In this document: positions 11,482-20,735 of the stretch, one piece after another
Layout: each line of letters opens with the position of its first letter
Position numbering within the stretch: position 1 is the first letter of the stretch
NCBI GenBank assembly: GCA_001275005.1
Contig: JWZX01003304.1
Coordinates: forward strand, 1-32,670
DNA from: Chrysochromulina tobinii
Lineage: Eukaryota
Direction: 5' to 3'
DNA: 32,670 bases
Program-made: the position numbers and the translations under genes
Notes under the pieces: model-generated
The model's input: only the letters and a program-made list of their open reading frames with translations
Told to the model about the DNA's origin: nothing
Databases searched by the model: none

Positions 11482-13440
11482 ATGAAGATGGCGTCGGCAG
11501 TCACGTTATGGGTGGCGCTCGCCGCCGCGGCGCGGCCGACCCACCACGCCAACGTCTTCGCCGCGGGCGACAAGCTCGAGCTGCGTGTCTTCCTCTCGCC
11601 CTCGCGCGCACCTTTCACGGACTTCAACAACACCGACGCGTTGCTGTGGAGTGACAAGAGCCTCGTGTACTCGGAGGCTGGGAGCTCGCTCGAGAAGACG
11701 GTACACGTGCCGCTGACGGAGAGGCTGCTATCCAATGGCACGATGTTCGCGCACATGTTCATCACAAAGGCCGGCGCCTCGCCCGACCCTCAGCACGGGA
11801 GCTACGACCGCCTGGCGACGACGTCCAATTCCTTCGACCTCGTAGGCTTCTCAAAGCGGCTGCAGCCGCGCGGGCTGTACAATCTGCTCACGGGCGAGCC
11901 GGCGCCATGGGAGACGGAGCTGCGCCGTGGCCTTGCCGAGGCCGAGGCCGCCGGGCGGTCCGGCGAGTTCGTCTCGTTTTGGAAGCCGAAGCTCCACCTG
12001 CAGCTGCTCGTGGACACGGAGTCGTACGAGCTGGACAAGATGCCGCCGCTGCTGCACAGCTACCTTCACCACCATCGGCTGATGAGCGGGCATCGCTTCC
12101 GGCCGCTCATCTATGTCAACGAGCTCACCACGATGAAGAGCCACTGGGTCGCAATCAATGCGTCGAAGCCGCTGCCGGGCGGCGGGCTGCCGCTCACCAT
12201 CTCGTACAGCCCGCTTCCAACACGGCGCTTCCAGTGGATGGTGAACCTGCAGCATTCGTTCAAGATGAACGAGGAGACGCTCGGCATCTCTGAAAAGGAG
12301 AGCGAGGACCTGCGCGGCATGTTCGTGCACACCAGCCCGCTCCTCCTCTATACGACCGTCGCCGTCTCAGCGGTCCACCTGCTCTTCGACGTGCTCGCTT
12401 TTAAGAACGACGTGTCGTTCTGGTCGTCGGTGGACTCGATGGAGGGGCTCTCGAGCCGCACGCTGCTGCTCAACCAGGGCATGGAGTTCATCATCCTGCT
12501 CTACCTCTTCGAAGAGGTGACGGCCTCGGACTGCCTCGGACCGCCTAGGACTGCCTCGAACTGCCTCGGACTGCCTAGAACTGCCTCGGACTGCCTCGGA
12601 CTGCCTCGGACAGCCTCGGACTGCCTCGGACTGTCCATTGATCACCTTGGGCGGCACATCGGAGTGCCCTTGGACTGTCTAATAAGGAATACCACCGAGT
12701 TGCCTAATATGGAGGGGCCTCGAGTTGCTCCTCCTGCCTCTGCTTGAATGGCCTCTGAGTGGCCCTTGAACTGTGCCTCACGCCTGCAGGACGCTTCATG
12801 GCTCGTCAAGATCACCTCGCTCTTCACGCTCGTGCTCGGCTTCTTTAAGATCTTCAAATCCTTCTCCGTGCGATCACGAGGCGTGGCACGCAAGGACTCG
12901 AAGCAGGCTGAGACGGACGAGATTGACAGGCTCGCGTTCAAGTACCTCTCGCCGCCGCTGCTGCTGCTGATCGCTGGATACTCGGGCCACTCGCTCGCCA
13001 CAGGCTACCACCGTGGCTGGTACGCGTGGCTGATCGAATCGCTCGTCGCACTCGTCTACGGAGGCGGGTTCATCGTGATGACGCCGCAGCTCTTCATCAA
13101 CTATCGTCTCAAGAGCGTGGCGCACCTCAACTGGAAATTCTTTATGTACAAGGCGCTCAACACCTTCATCGACGACCTGTTCGCCTTCATCATCAAGATG
13201 CCCACACTGCACCGCATGTCATGCTTCCGGGATGACATCGTCTTCGGCGTGTTCCTTTACCAGCGCTACGTGTACCGCGTTGACATGAGCCGCCGGAATG
13301 AGTTTGGACACACGGGTGAGGGGGGTGCGCCGTCCGGGGATGCGCCGTCCGGGGATGCGCCGGCCGGGGATGCGCCGGCCGAGGACAAGGGGGGCGACCA
13401 GAAGACCAAGAAGAAGACGGAAGATAAGAAGGAGCGATAG
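11482..13440 (+). CDS. CLPTM1/CLPTM1L-family ER membrane protein (~561 aa; exons 11482-12516, 12790-13440)
   Basis: Motifs HLLFDVLAFKNDVSFW, SMEGLSSR, DRLAFKYLS, GFIVMTPQLFINYRLKSVAHL, YKALNTFIDDLFAFIIKMPTLHRMSCFRDD and YQRYVYRVD..RRNEFG. N-terminal signal-like segment and Lys-rich tail. Confidence 0.94.
12517..12789 (+). other. CLPTM1 intron, 273 nt, phase 0
   Basis: GAG|GTGACG...CCTGCAG|GAC. Contains an in-frame stop (12745-12747) and a 10-mer array. Removal gives LYLFEE|DASWLV. Confidence 0.88.
12521..12630 (+). repeat. 10-nt tandem array CTGCCTCGGA x11 (with variants) in the CLPTM1 intron
   Basis: Eleven units in register, each with 0-2 substitutions. Confidence 0.96.
13327..13386 (+). 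repeat. Coding 15-nt tandem repeat (APSGD/APSGD/APAGD/APAED) in the CLPTM1 C-tail
   Basis: GCGCCG(T/G)CCG(G/A)GGA(T/C) x4. Confidence 0.85.
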
Positions 13441-13850
13441 AGAAGGTAGGAGCGATGGCCAAGGAAGAAGGACCGTGTGTGTCGCCGCGGCGCGTTCGCG
13501 TGGCGCAAAAGGGCCACGGCAGAGCCACGGGCCCGGCCGCGAGTTCGCTTCGACCGGACGTATGTTTCGTACGCTCCTGTCCGGCGGGCGGCACTCGCGC
13601 GCGGGGGTGTCTGGAGCGCGGTAGACCCCGAGCGCGTTGCCGTTGGTACTATAGCGCGTCGCGACTATTGTCTATTTGAACTATTTCGATTATTCGAACG
13701 TTCCGGTGCTGTCTCGATTACGGATTAGCATTAGGGATTCGAAGGGCGAAACCGGCACCACGAACGCGGGTGTGTGTGGATCAACAGGACCAACAAAAAG
13801 GGATATCCCCATGCTTGATTTGCACAAAGCATCTGGTGTAGTTGATGCCA

Positions 13851-15929
13851 TCAGGCGTGCGGCGGCTGGGTCGCCTGGCTGCGCGCGCCAAACTTTTGTG
13901 CAAACGCGCTCCTGGTGCTCTCGCTGCCTGGGATGGGGCTCGAGGGCGGCGGCAGCACACCCATGGAGGTGTGCACGGCGGCCAGGCGCGCGGCGGCGAC
14001 GGCACGCGGCGACGGGAGCGCGATCTCAGCCGGCAGCCGAGCCGTGCATGAGCTCCTCGCGGGGCTTGAGGCACTTGAATCCGCGTCGAGTCCCGCCACG
14101 TGGCCGACGCTGGCGCTGCCGGCGGCGCCCCCTAGCGACCGCTCGGGCGGCTGGATGATCAGCCCGGGCTGGACGGGCACCTGCAGCGCCGTGACATGAA
14201 GCTTGACTGCCGTGCGCTCTGTGCTCGCCGAGCTCGGGCGGGAGAGGGGCGAGCGTGGGTTGGCCTCTCCGGGATACCGGCTCGCGGACGATGGGCGTGA
14301 TTGTAGACGGCTCGGCGATCGGCTCGGCGAGCGAGAGCTAGCAGGCGAGCCGGCGGGCAGCATCGCGCCCGCGTACAGACTCTCCATGCTCGGCGCCCGG
14401 CCGCACGTGCCCGCGCCGCCGTACGTGCCAGTAGGCGAAGGGAACGCCGGGTCGGGCACAGCGCCTTCGTAACGGTCCTCCGGCTCCTCCTCGGATTCCC
14501 CACAGATGGCAAAGCTCCGGAAGGTGAGGCCGGGCACGACTGGCTGCGGGTTGGTGATGAGCTTGGAGGCGAGATGACCCGCCGGCGGCGCCGGCGGCAT
14601 CCGTCGCGTCGAATCTGTAAGCGTGCCGGTACGCCCACCCGCCGGCAGCGTAGGCGGCGCACGCATGCGCAGCTTGCCGCCGCTGCTCGAGCCTGTAACC
14701 GTCGCATAGAGCGCGAAGGCGGGGCTCTGCAGCCGCTCCTGTCGCAGCTGTGAGAGCCGTGCCTCGAGGGCGCGCTTGTTGGCGGCGAGGCTGCCCGGCG
14801 CCACTGTGCGAAAGGCCTCTTCGACGGCGGCGGCCACGTCCAGCGCAGAGATGCGCAACAGCTCCGACTGAGAGCCACTGCTCCCGAGCTGCACGTTCGT
14901 GCCGACCGGCTCGCCGCCCGCGTGCTGCGGCCTGAGCTGCCCCAGCCCCTGCTGCTGCTGCTGCTGCATCGGTGGCTTCTGCCCCTGCAGCTGCTGCATC
15001 TGCAGCATCTGCATCTGCTGCTGCTGGATGGCCCGTTCCAGCTTCGCCTCGAAGGCGGCCTCGAGGCGTTGACGCTCTTGCTGCTCGTGCTGCTCGCGCT
15101 CTGCGTGGAGGAGCTGCTGTCGCTGCCGCTGCTGCTGCATCGCCTGCCACTGCTGCTGCTCGTGCAGGTGCTGCCGGCGCACCGTCGCGCGCACGGGATG
15201 CGGTTGCACCGGCTCCCCTGGCGGCTTGACTGGCCGTGGCTGTATGTGGATGCCCTCCATGTGCAACAAGGTGATGCGTGCGCCGCGCGACGTCGTCGGC
15301 GCGGACTGGCTGCCGCTGCCGCCACCACCAACTCTCCTTGGAGGCGGCCGCGCCGACGAAGGGCGCGCCGACGCAGGTGGCGGCGGCGGACCCGCCGCCA
15401 AACCTGCTGCGCGCAACTCGCGCACGGCGGCTCGCCGCTCCTGCAGCGCCTCCGTCTGCTTGGATCGGATCTCCGACTGCCGCGCCGCCTGCTTGAACCG
15501 GCGCGCCGATACTTGCAGGTCGGGCGGAGCACTGGCCTTCAGCCCCGCGACCAGCGAGGTGTGGTCAGCGCCAAAGTGCCAGCTCGGCGCACTCGCCAGC
15601 CTGCTGCTGCCGTGGCGGATCGGCGCCGAGGCCGGACGCGACGGGCGGGCGGTCGTGCTGGTTGGCACAGGCGCCGCTCCAACAAGCAATGAGCTCTTGG
15701 CGTTCACCACGCCGGCGTTCGAAACGCCGGTCCGTGTCACGGTCGGCTCAAGGTCACGGACCGCAATCACCTTCGTCGCGCTGGCAGCTCCTCGGCCAAA
15801 GAGTGAGGCGGACTGCGGCCGCTTCCGCACGGCAGCGGCGGCGTCCGCGAGGGCGGTCACGTCAGAGGAGCGCAGCACGCCCGCAGACCCAGGGCGTTTG
15901 TTTGGACGCTTGAGCAGCTGGCCCTTCAT
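13851..15929 (-). CDS. Hypothetical low-complexity protein (Gln-rich coiled coil, RPxSA/SP-rich)
   Basis: ATG-initiated 692-aa ORF flanked by AT-richer intergenic DNA, with poly-Q and repeated RPxSA motifs. No domain recognised. Confidence 0.65.
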   Translation of the reverse strand: MKGQLLKRPNKRPGSAGVLRSSDVTALADAAAAVRKRPQSASLFGRGAASATKVIAVRDLEPTVTRTGVSNAGVVNAKSSLLVGAAPVPTSTTARPSRPASAPIRHGSSRLASAPSWHFGADHTSLVAGLKASAPPDLQVSARRFKQAARQSEIRSKQTEALQERRAAVRELRAAGLAAGPPPPPASARPSSARPPPRRVGGGGSGSQSAPTTSRGARITLLHMEGIHIQPRPVKPPGEPVQPHPVRATVRRQHLHEQQQWQAMQQQRQRQQLLHAEREQHEQQERQRLEAAFEAKLERAIQQQQMQMLQMQQLQGQKPPMQQQQQQGLGQLRPQHAGGEPVGTNVQLGSSGSQSELLRISALDVAAAVEEAFRTVAPGSLAANKRALEARLSQLRQERLQSPAFALYATVTGSSSGGKLRMRAPPTLPAGGRTGTLTDSTRRMPPAPPAGHLASKLITNPQPVVPGLTFRSFAICGESEEEPEDRYEGAVPDPAFPSPTGTYGGAGTCGRAPSMESLYAGAMLPAGSPASSRSPSRSPSRLQSRPSSASRYPGEANPRSPLSRPSSASTERTAVKLHVTALQVPVQPGLIIQPPERSLGGAAGSASVGHVAGLDADSSASSPARSSCTARLPAEIALPSPRAVAAARLAAVHTSMGVLPPPSSPIPGSESTRSAFAQKFGARSQATQPPHA

Positions 15930-16204
15930 TGTCGGTGCGCCAACGCCTGGCCCCGACTCCCGAGAGGCGACGCGAACTGTGAATTAAATCCGTTGTCTGT
16001 GAATTGTGTTGGTGTGTTGTGAATGAATTGTGTTCCTCTTCCCTTACTATTGTACAAGTCTAGGTCAAAAGGAACACAGCTTGGACACAAGAGTCACCAG
16101 TTAGAAGCTTAGAACTCACTGTGACCAGCTCCCTCTCCACGACGTCTGCTGGATAGTGGGAAGCGTCATAGTGGATAGAGTGTGCGCTGCAAGTGTGCGC
16201 GTCC

Positions 16205-17506
16205 CTACTGCACCTGCTCCGCCAGGCTCGCCAGCGCACATGCATAGCGGTCGAAGCCGTGATCTCGGAACATGCTTGGGTGCAGTCGGAGGAGGCCAAG
16301 GCCGCGCCGGCACGGACGCAGCAGTAGAAGCTCGCGGCCGCAACCGCCCCGCCTCCGTGCATGCACCGGCTCCAGTTGTCGCAGCCGTCCCGGCGGATAG
16401 CGCGTGCTATGCCTCGGGGGGGCAGCCCATCGCCCGTGCGTCTCCGCGTCGGCACTTGAGCCTGCCCGGCTGCCGTCGTCATGACGCCGCGTAACCGCTT
16501 CAACGGCCTCGCATAGCCCGTGGACTGAGCCGACGCTGAGGCGGGGCACCACGTCGGCCGCGTAGACGTACGCGTCCACGAGCGCGTCATGCCGGCCGCT
16601 CTCACGAAGTGGTAGCGAGCATGGCGGCGCGAACGCGTAGGCGTGAACGACAGTGCGGTGCGGCATGGCTCGTTGCAGCAGCACGGCAGCAAACGTGGCG
16701 ATCCCCGCCCCAAGCGAGTGGCCTGCGAGGTCAAGGCGGTAGCCAGGGTGCCGGCGCAGCGTGTCCCGCAGCAGCCGCTCGTGCCGCGCGACGAGCGTCC
16801 GCGCAGCCGCCGCCATGCCCCCGTGGCATCCTCGCCCAAGCAGGCGCTCGTCATGACGCGTGGGCGCCACCTCCACAATGGTGACCACGTCTTCCAGGTC
16901 AAGTGAGCCACGGATGACAAGGATGACGGCACGTTCGCGGTGGTCCAAGACGATGAAGTGCGCCGGCACGTACGCTGCCAAAGTGGACGTGCTCGGCGAG
17001 ACATCCTTTGACCCCGCGTCGCCTTGCCGAGCCATCAGCCGCGGGCGCCACTGCGCGTGAAGCACGTCGCTGGCGCGCAGGCCAAGGCCGCGGGTGTGGA
17101 TCTCGAAGGCGGTCATGCGCGGCCGGTGCAGCCCGCAGAGCATCCACCACATGGCGCGGAGCATCTGCAGCGGTGAGCGAGCCCATTCGACCAACAACAC
17201 GCCAAACGTGCTGTACGCGGCAGAGGCGAGGACGCTCGCACGTGCAGCCCGCCGCAGGCTCTCTCGTTCGTGTCGATCGGTGAGCGATACGTTGAAAAGC
17301 GGCTGCGCTGGCCACTCGACTGCTGCCAGTATGCTCACTCCTTGCATCAGACGCCGTGTAGAGAGTCGGTGCACGCCTGGGATGCTGCGCACGTGCTCAT
17401 CCAGGAGGCGCACGAGGCGCCTCGCCGCCCGAAACGACGGAGGTGGAGAGTCTAACGGCTGAGGTGGGTGCACGCACAAGAGAATTGTAGTGAGAAACAT
17501 GGTCAT
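16205..17506 (-). CDS. Class-3 lipase (sn1-diacylglycerol-lipase-like)
   Basis: PAHFIVLDH..VILVIRGS, CHGGM, nucleophile elbow LAGHSLGAG, YAFAPP, DVVPRLS, YPPGR and SMFRDH..Y. First ATG is at 17506. Confidence 0.88.
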   Translation of the reverse strand: MTMFLTTILLCVHPPQPLDSPPPSFRAARRLVRLLDEHVRSIPGVHRLSTRRLMQGVSILAAVEWPAQPLFNVSLTDRHERESLRRAARASVLASAAYSTFGVLLVEWARSPLQMLRAMWWMLCGLHRPRMTAFEIHTRGLGLRASDVLHAQWRPRLMARQGDAGSKDVSPSTSTLAAYVPAHFIVLDHRERAVILVIRGSLDLEDVVTIVEVAPTRHDERLLGRGCHGGMAAAARTLVARHERLLRDTLRRHPGYRLDLAGHSLGAGIATFAAVLLQRAMPHRTVVHAYAFAPPCSLPLRESGRHDALVDAYVYAADVVPRLSVGSVHGLCEAVEAVTRRHDDGSRAGSSADAETHGRWAAPPRHSTRYPPGRLRQLEPVHARRRGGCGRELLLLRPCRRGLGLLRLHPSMFRDHGFDRYACALASLAEQVQ

Positions 17507-18151
17507 GCTCCCCAGCGCAGGGAAGGCCACCCCAGGATGGCCGCCTCGACCTCACATCGTCATCGCACAAAAAGTAAGTACCGGTATACAGGTAGGCCCG
17601 AAATGGTCATTTTCGTATTAATTCATATCCAGGATCCGCTCCCAGGCGCGCAGGGTTAACATATCAGTCCCCCGCGTGTACCGGGTTAACCGACTGCTGC
17701 GCGGTGCCCACGTATCGCGGTTATTATAATAATCGACTCTTTAACGAAACTTGCATTCACGCGGCGGACCCAAATTGGGCGGACCACGGGTACCCCCACC
17801 GGCACGAATTCGCAATTGCCACGCACCTGGAATCCGATCCGATCGACATGCTTCACCGGAAAATGCGCATGAGACCCCCCCTGACCCCCCCCCCCCCGCC
17901 GCGCGCACTGGTGCCGACATGCTTCGCTCGCGCTAACGGTCAACCACACGAGTCTCCTGTGAGTGACCGATTGTCACTGTTCTATCGCACTCGAGACTCA
18001 GCGCGGAGGCGCATGAGGTATTCCGAATCTCTCTATCTTAGTCCATCGTCTGCCCTCTGCACAGAGTGGCAAAAGCCTCTCCATGCCCGCAATGCGTATC
18101 CTTCCCACAAGATGCACCGCCCTCGATCGCCCTCCCTCAGCACTCAGGCCG

Positions 18152-20572
18152 TCAATACTTCGACCCCCAGGCGCCCCCGGCCTTATCCCACCAGTTCGCA
18201 TTCGCCTGCTGCGCCTTAGCAGCCTTGGAGAGCTCCGTGAGCGAGACGCCCCGTTGATTGGTCGTCGCAGCCACCACCGCCTCCTTAACCGCCTCCTTGA
18301 CCGCCGTCGTGCTCGCCTGCGAAGGCACCGGTGCCTGCGCAGGCGCCACGGCCGCCACGGCCGCTACGGCCGCCTTGGCCTGCGCAGGTGCCTTGGCCGG
18401 CGCGTCTGCGCGCACGGGTCGTCGGAAGAGCACAAGCATCACAAATTGCTGCAGGGTCACCTCCTTCGCTCCCTCAGCCAGCGCGAGGAGTGCAGCGAGC
18501 TCCTCGGCCGTTGAGCCCGGACTCACGTGCTGCAGAGCCATCGGCAGCTGGTCCGTCGCGATGGTGCCTTTGAACTTATCCGCCATCGAGCTGAAGACGG
18601 ACGCGAGCTCCGAGCCGGTCGCTCCAAGGACCTCGAGCTTTGGCGCGGGCGGCGGCTCGGGCGCAGGCGCAACCACCCTAGCCGGCGCCGTCAGCCCGGC
18701 GACGCCCGTCTTCTTCGCTGTACCGGAGATGGAGGTGTACGGGCCCCAGCTCGACACGACGCGGCCCTCCATCTTCTCCTTGTCAAGTTTCAACGTGCGG
18801 ATCGCAAACTCCTCCGCCGCCTGTAAGCGACGCTTCTCCTGCATGCGCACCATCTTATTGCGGACGATCTTGCGCCAATAGGAGCCGTCCTCATTGGGCT
18901 GGACGACGGTGATGGTGCCTGTGGCGTCGTCCACGAGTAGGATGGCCTGCTCCTCCGCCTCCTCCTCGGCGCAGTCGCCTTCCACACCCCCATCGGCACT
19001 CTCCGCAGCTGGCAAGCGGCAGTTTTCGGGTGCCTCGCTCGGCACGACGACCACGCGCTTCCCTGCAAGCTCGTCCTGACCCACCACCAGACCCAGCGGC
19101 GCGAGAGTCGAAGGCTCGTACTCGATCAGCCTGCCATCATACAAGCCGAGAACCTGGCCGGTCGTCATGTGCCACCACGCGACGGTCTTGTCGTCGACCG
19201 TGCACCCCTTGGTCGGGTCGATGCTCACGTCGTCCTCCTCGTAGCCCACGTAGCATTCGTCCCCCTGGGAGGGCGAGTACACCTTGATGAACGCATTCGA
19301 GTCCTTGAGCTCCGCATGCTCGTGAGCGTAGACGCCCACCTCGTGGTTCGTGTCGGTGTAGGAGATCGTCGCATCGAGGCGCACGGTGCCACCCTTTTGG
19401 TGGTCGACGGTGCAGATCTCGAACCCGTCCTTGTTGCCGCGGATCAGCCGGCTCTGCTGCCGCCCGTCGCGCGAGGAGCCCGCGCGCATGACCGACGTCT
19501 GCGCGAAGACACAGGAGCCACGATTGGGGTACGGGCCGAGCTCACGAGGGATCGTGGGGAAGGTGATCGAGTCCTCATAGTCCTGCCCGAGGTGGAAGTG
19601 GCCGGAGAACCACGCCTTGATGCACCGATGCTTGCGCACGAGTTCGATGAACTTGGTCGTCGCCGCTGGGTCGCTCTTCGCGCCACCCGAGTGGTTGATC
19701 CAGCAGCAGCCGTTGACCACGTGATTCTCCTGCAGGACGCGCAGGCCGGAGCCAATGGGCGGCGCGTGCGTGAACACGAAGATCTTCCAGCCGTCCGTCG
19801 AGGGGTGCGACGACACCACGTCTTCGAACCACGCCATCTGCTCGTCGTCGATGATCACCTCGTGCGACGTGTAGCGCGCCTTGCGGAATACGGTCGAGCC
19901 TAAGCCCACCAGGAGCGTCTTGTCGGCGATCTGGCGCAGGAACTGCATCTGCGGCTTCTTGTGGATGCGGCAGAAGGCGGCCAGGTTCGCCTCGTCCGTT
20001 GTGAACTCGTCGATGCCCTCGAGGTCGTGGTTGCCCCCGATGACCTCGTATGGCACCCCGAACGAGGAGAGGAACTCGGCCGCGAGCTCGTGGCACTCGG
20101 TGGTGCCGGCGAAGAGCTCCTGCGTCTCCTCGGGGCGAACCGACTTGGACTCGCCCAGATCGCCCAGGCTCACGAGCGCCGTCGCCACGCCGCGCGACTT
20201 GGCGTCCTCAAAGATTGGCAGGAAATGCTCCCGGCCCTTGTAGTAGTCCTCCATCTTGCGCGGGTCCAGGTGCAAGTCGCCGAGGATCGCGACCGTGAAC
20301 TCGTCGGGTTCGGGAATCGCGCACTCGTCCTCCTCGCAGAGCTTGTCCTTGTAGTAATCTGTGCCCATGTCGCCATCCAGCCCGCCGACCGTGCCCAGGT
20401 TGGCGGTTGGTATCGCCGCGCGGACGGCCTTTGCCACGTCAGATGGCTTCAAGTTCAGGTGAATGGCAGAAGAGCGGCTCGGCGCCCAGCGAGCCGGAGA
20501 AAGCGTCAGGAAGCCTTGTGCCGACTGCAACGCGACCAGCGCCAACAACGTCATGGAGCTGCTAACTCTCAT
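18152..20572 (-). CDS. Calcineurin-like metallophosphoesterase with a putative bipartite plastid presequence and long C-terminal extension
   Basis: Motifs GDLH, LGDLG, GGNHD, THAPP and SGHFH. N-terminus MTLLALVALQSAQG-F followed by an S/R-rich segment. Start is at 20572 or 20554. Confidence 0.85.
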   Translation of the reverse strand: MRVSSSMTLLALVALQSAQGFLTLSPARWAPSRSSAIHLNLKPSDVAKAVRAAIPTANLGTVGGLDGDMGTDYYKDKLCEEDECAIPEPDEFTVAILGDLHLDPRKMEDYYKGREHFLPIFEDAKSRGVATALVSLGDLGESKSVRPEETQELFAGTTECHELAAEFLSSFGVPYEVIGGNHDLEGIDEFTTDEANLAAFCRIHKKPQMQFLRQIADKTLLVGLGSTVFRKARYTSHEVIIDDEQMAWFEDVVSSHPSTDGWKIFVFTHAPPIGSGLRVLQENHVVNGCCWINHSGGAKSDPAATTKFIELVRKHRCIKAWFSGHFHLGQDYEDSITFPTIPRELGPYPNRGSCVFAQTSVMRAGSSRDGRQQSRLIRGNKDGFEICTVDHQKGGTVRLDATISYTDTNHEVGVYAHEHAELKDSNAFIKVYSPSQGDECYVGYEEDDVSIDPTKGCTVDDKTVAWWHMTTGQVLGLYDGRLIEYEPSTLAPLGLVVGQDELAGKRVVVVPSEAPENCRLPAAESADGGVEGDCAEEEAEEQAILLVDDATGTITVVQPNEDGSYWRKIVRNKMVRMQEKRRLQAAEEFAIRTLKLDKEKMEGRVVSSWGPYTSISGTAKKTGVAGLTAPARVVAPAPEPPPAPKLEVLGATGSELASVFSSMADKFKGTIATDQLPMALQHVSPGSTAEELAALLALAEGAKEVTLQQFVMLVLFRRPVRADAPAKAPAQAKAAVAAVAAVAPAQAPVPSQASTTAVKEAVKEAVVAATTNQRGVSLTELSKAAKAQQANANWWDKAGGAWGSKY

Positions 20573-20735
20573 TCCGGGCACAGTTTCGTCGCGACACGTC
20601 GAAGGCGCGTTGATTCACAGTCTGGATCGGAAAGGCGTTCTGTGAGGCACAATGTGACCTCGGGGGGGTTCCCCCTTGTGGCCGAGCCCCGCACCCCGCA
20701 CTCTGACGGGACTTTCGGCCGCCCGAGCAGCCGGG

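Noticed and set aside
12745..12750. Apparent stop-codon readthrough or split gene in CLPTM1 (TGA then ATG in the same frame)
   Set aside because: Explained by a 273-nt GT-AG intron that contains the stop.
17704..18219. 171-codon + strand ORF between the lipase and the phosphoesterase
   Set aside because: GTG start with no upstream in-frame ATG, weak GC3 bias, overlap with the convergent gene end and no recognised domain. A small real gene cannot be excluded without RNA data.
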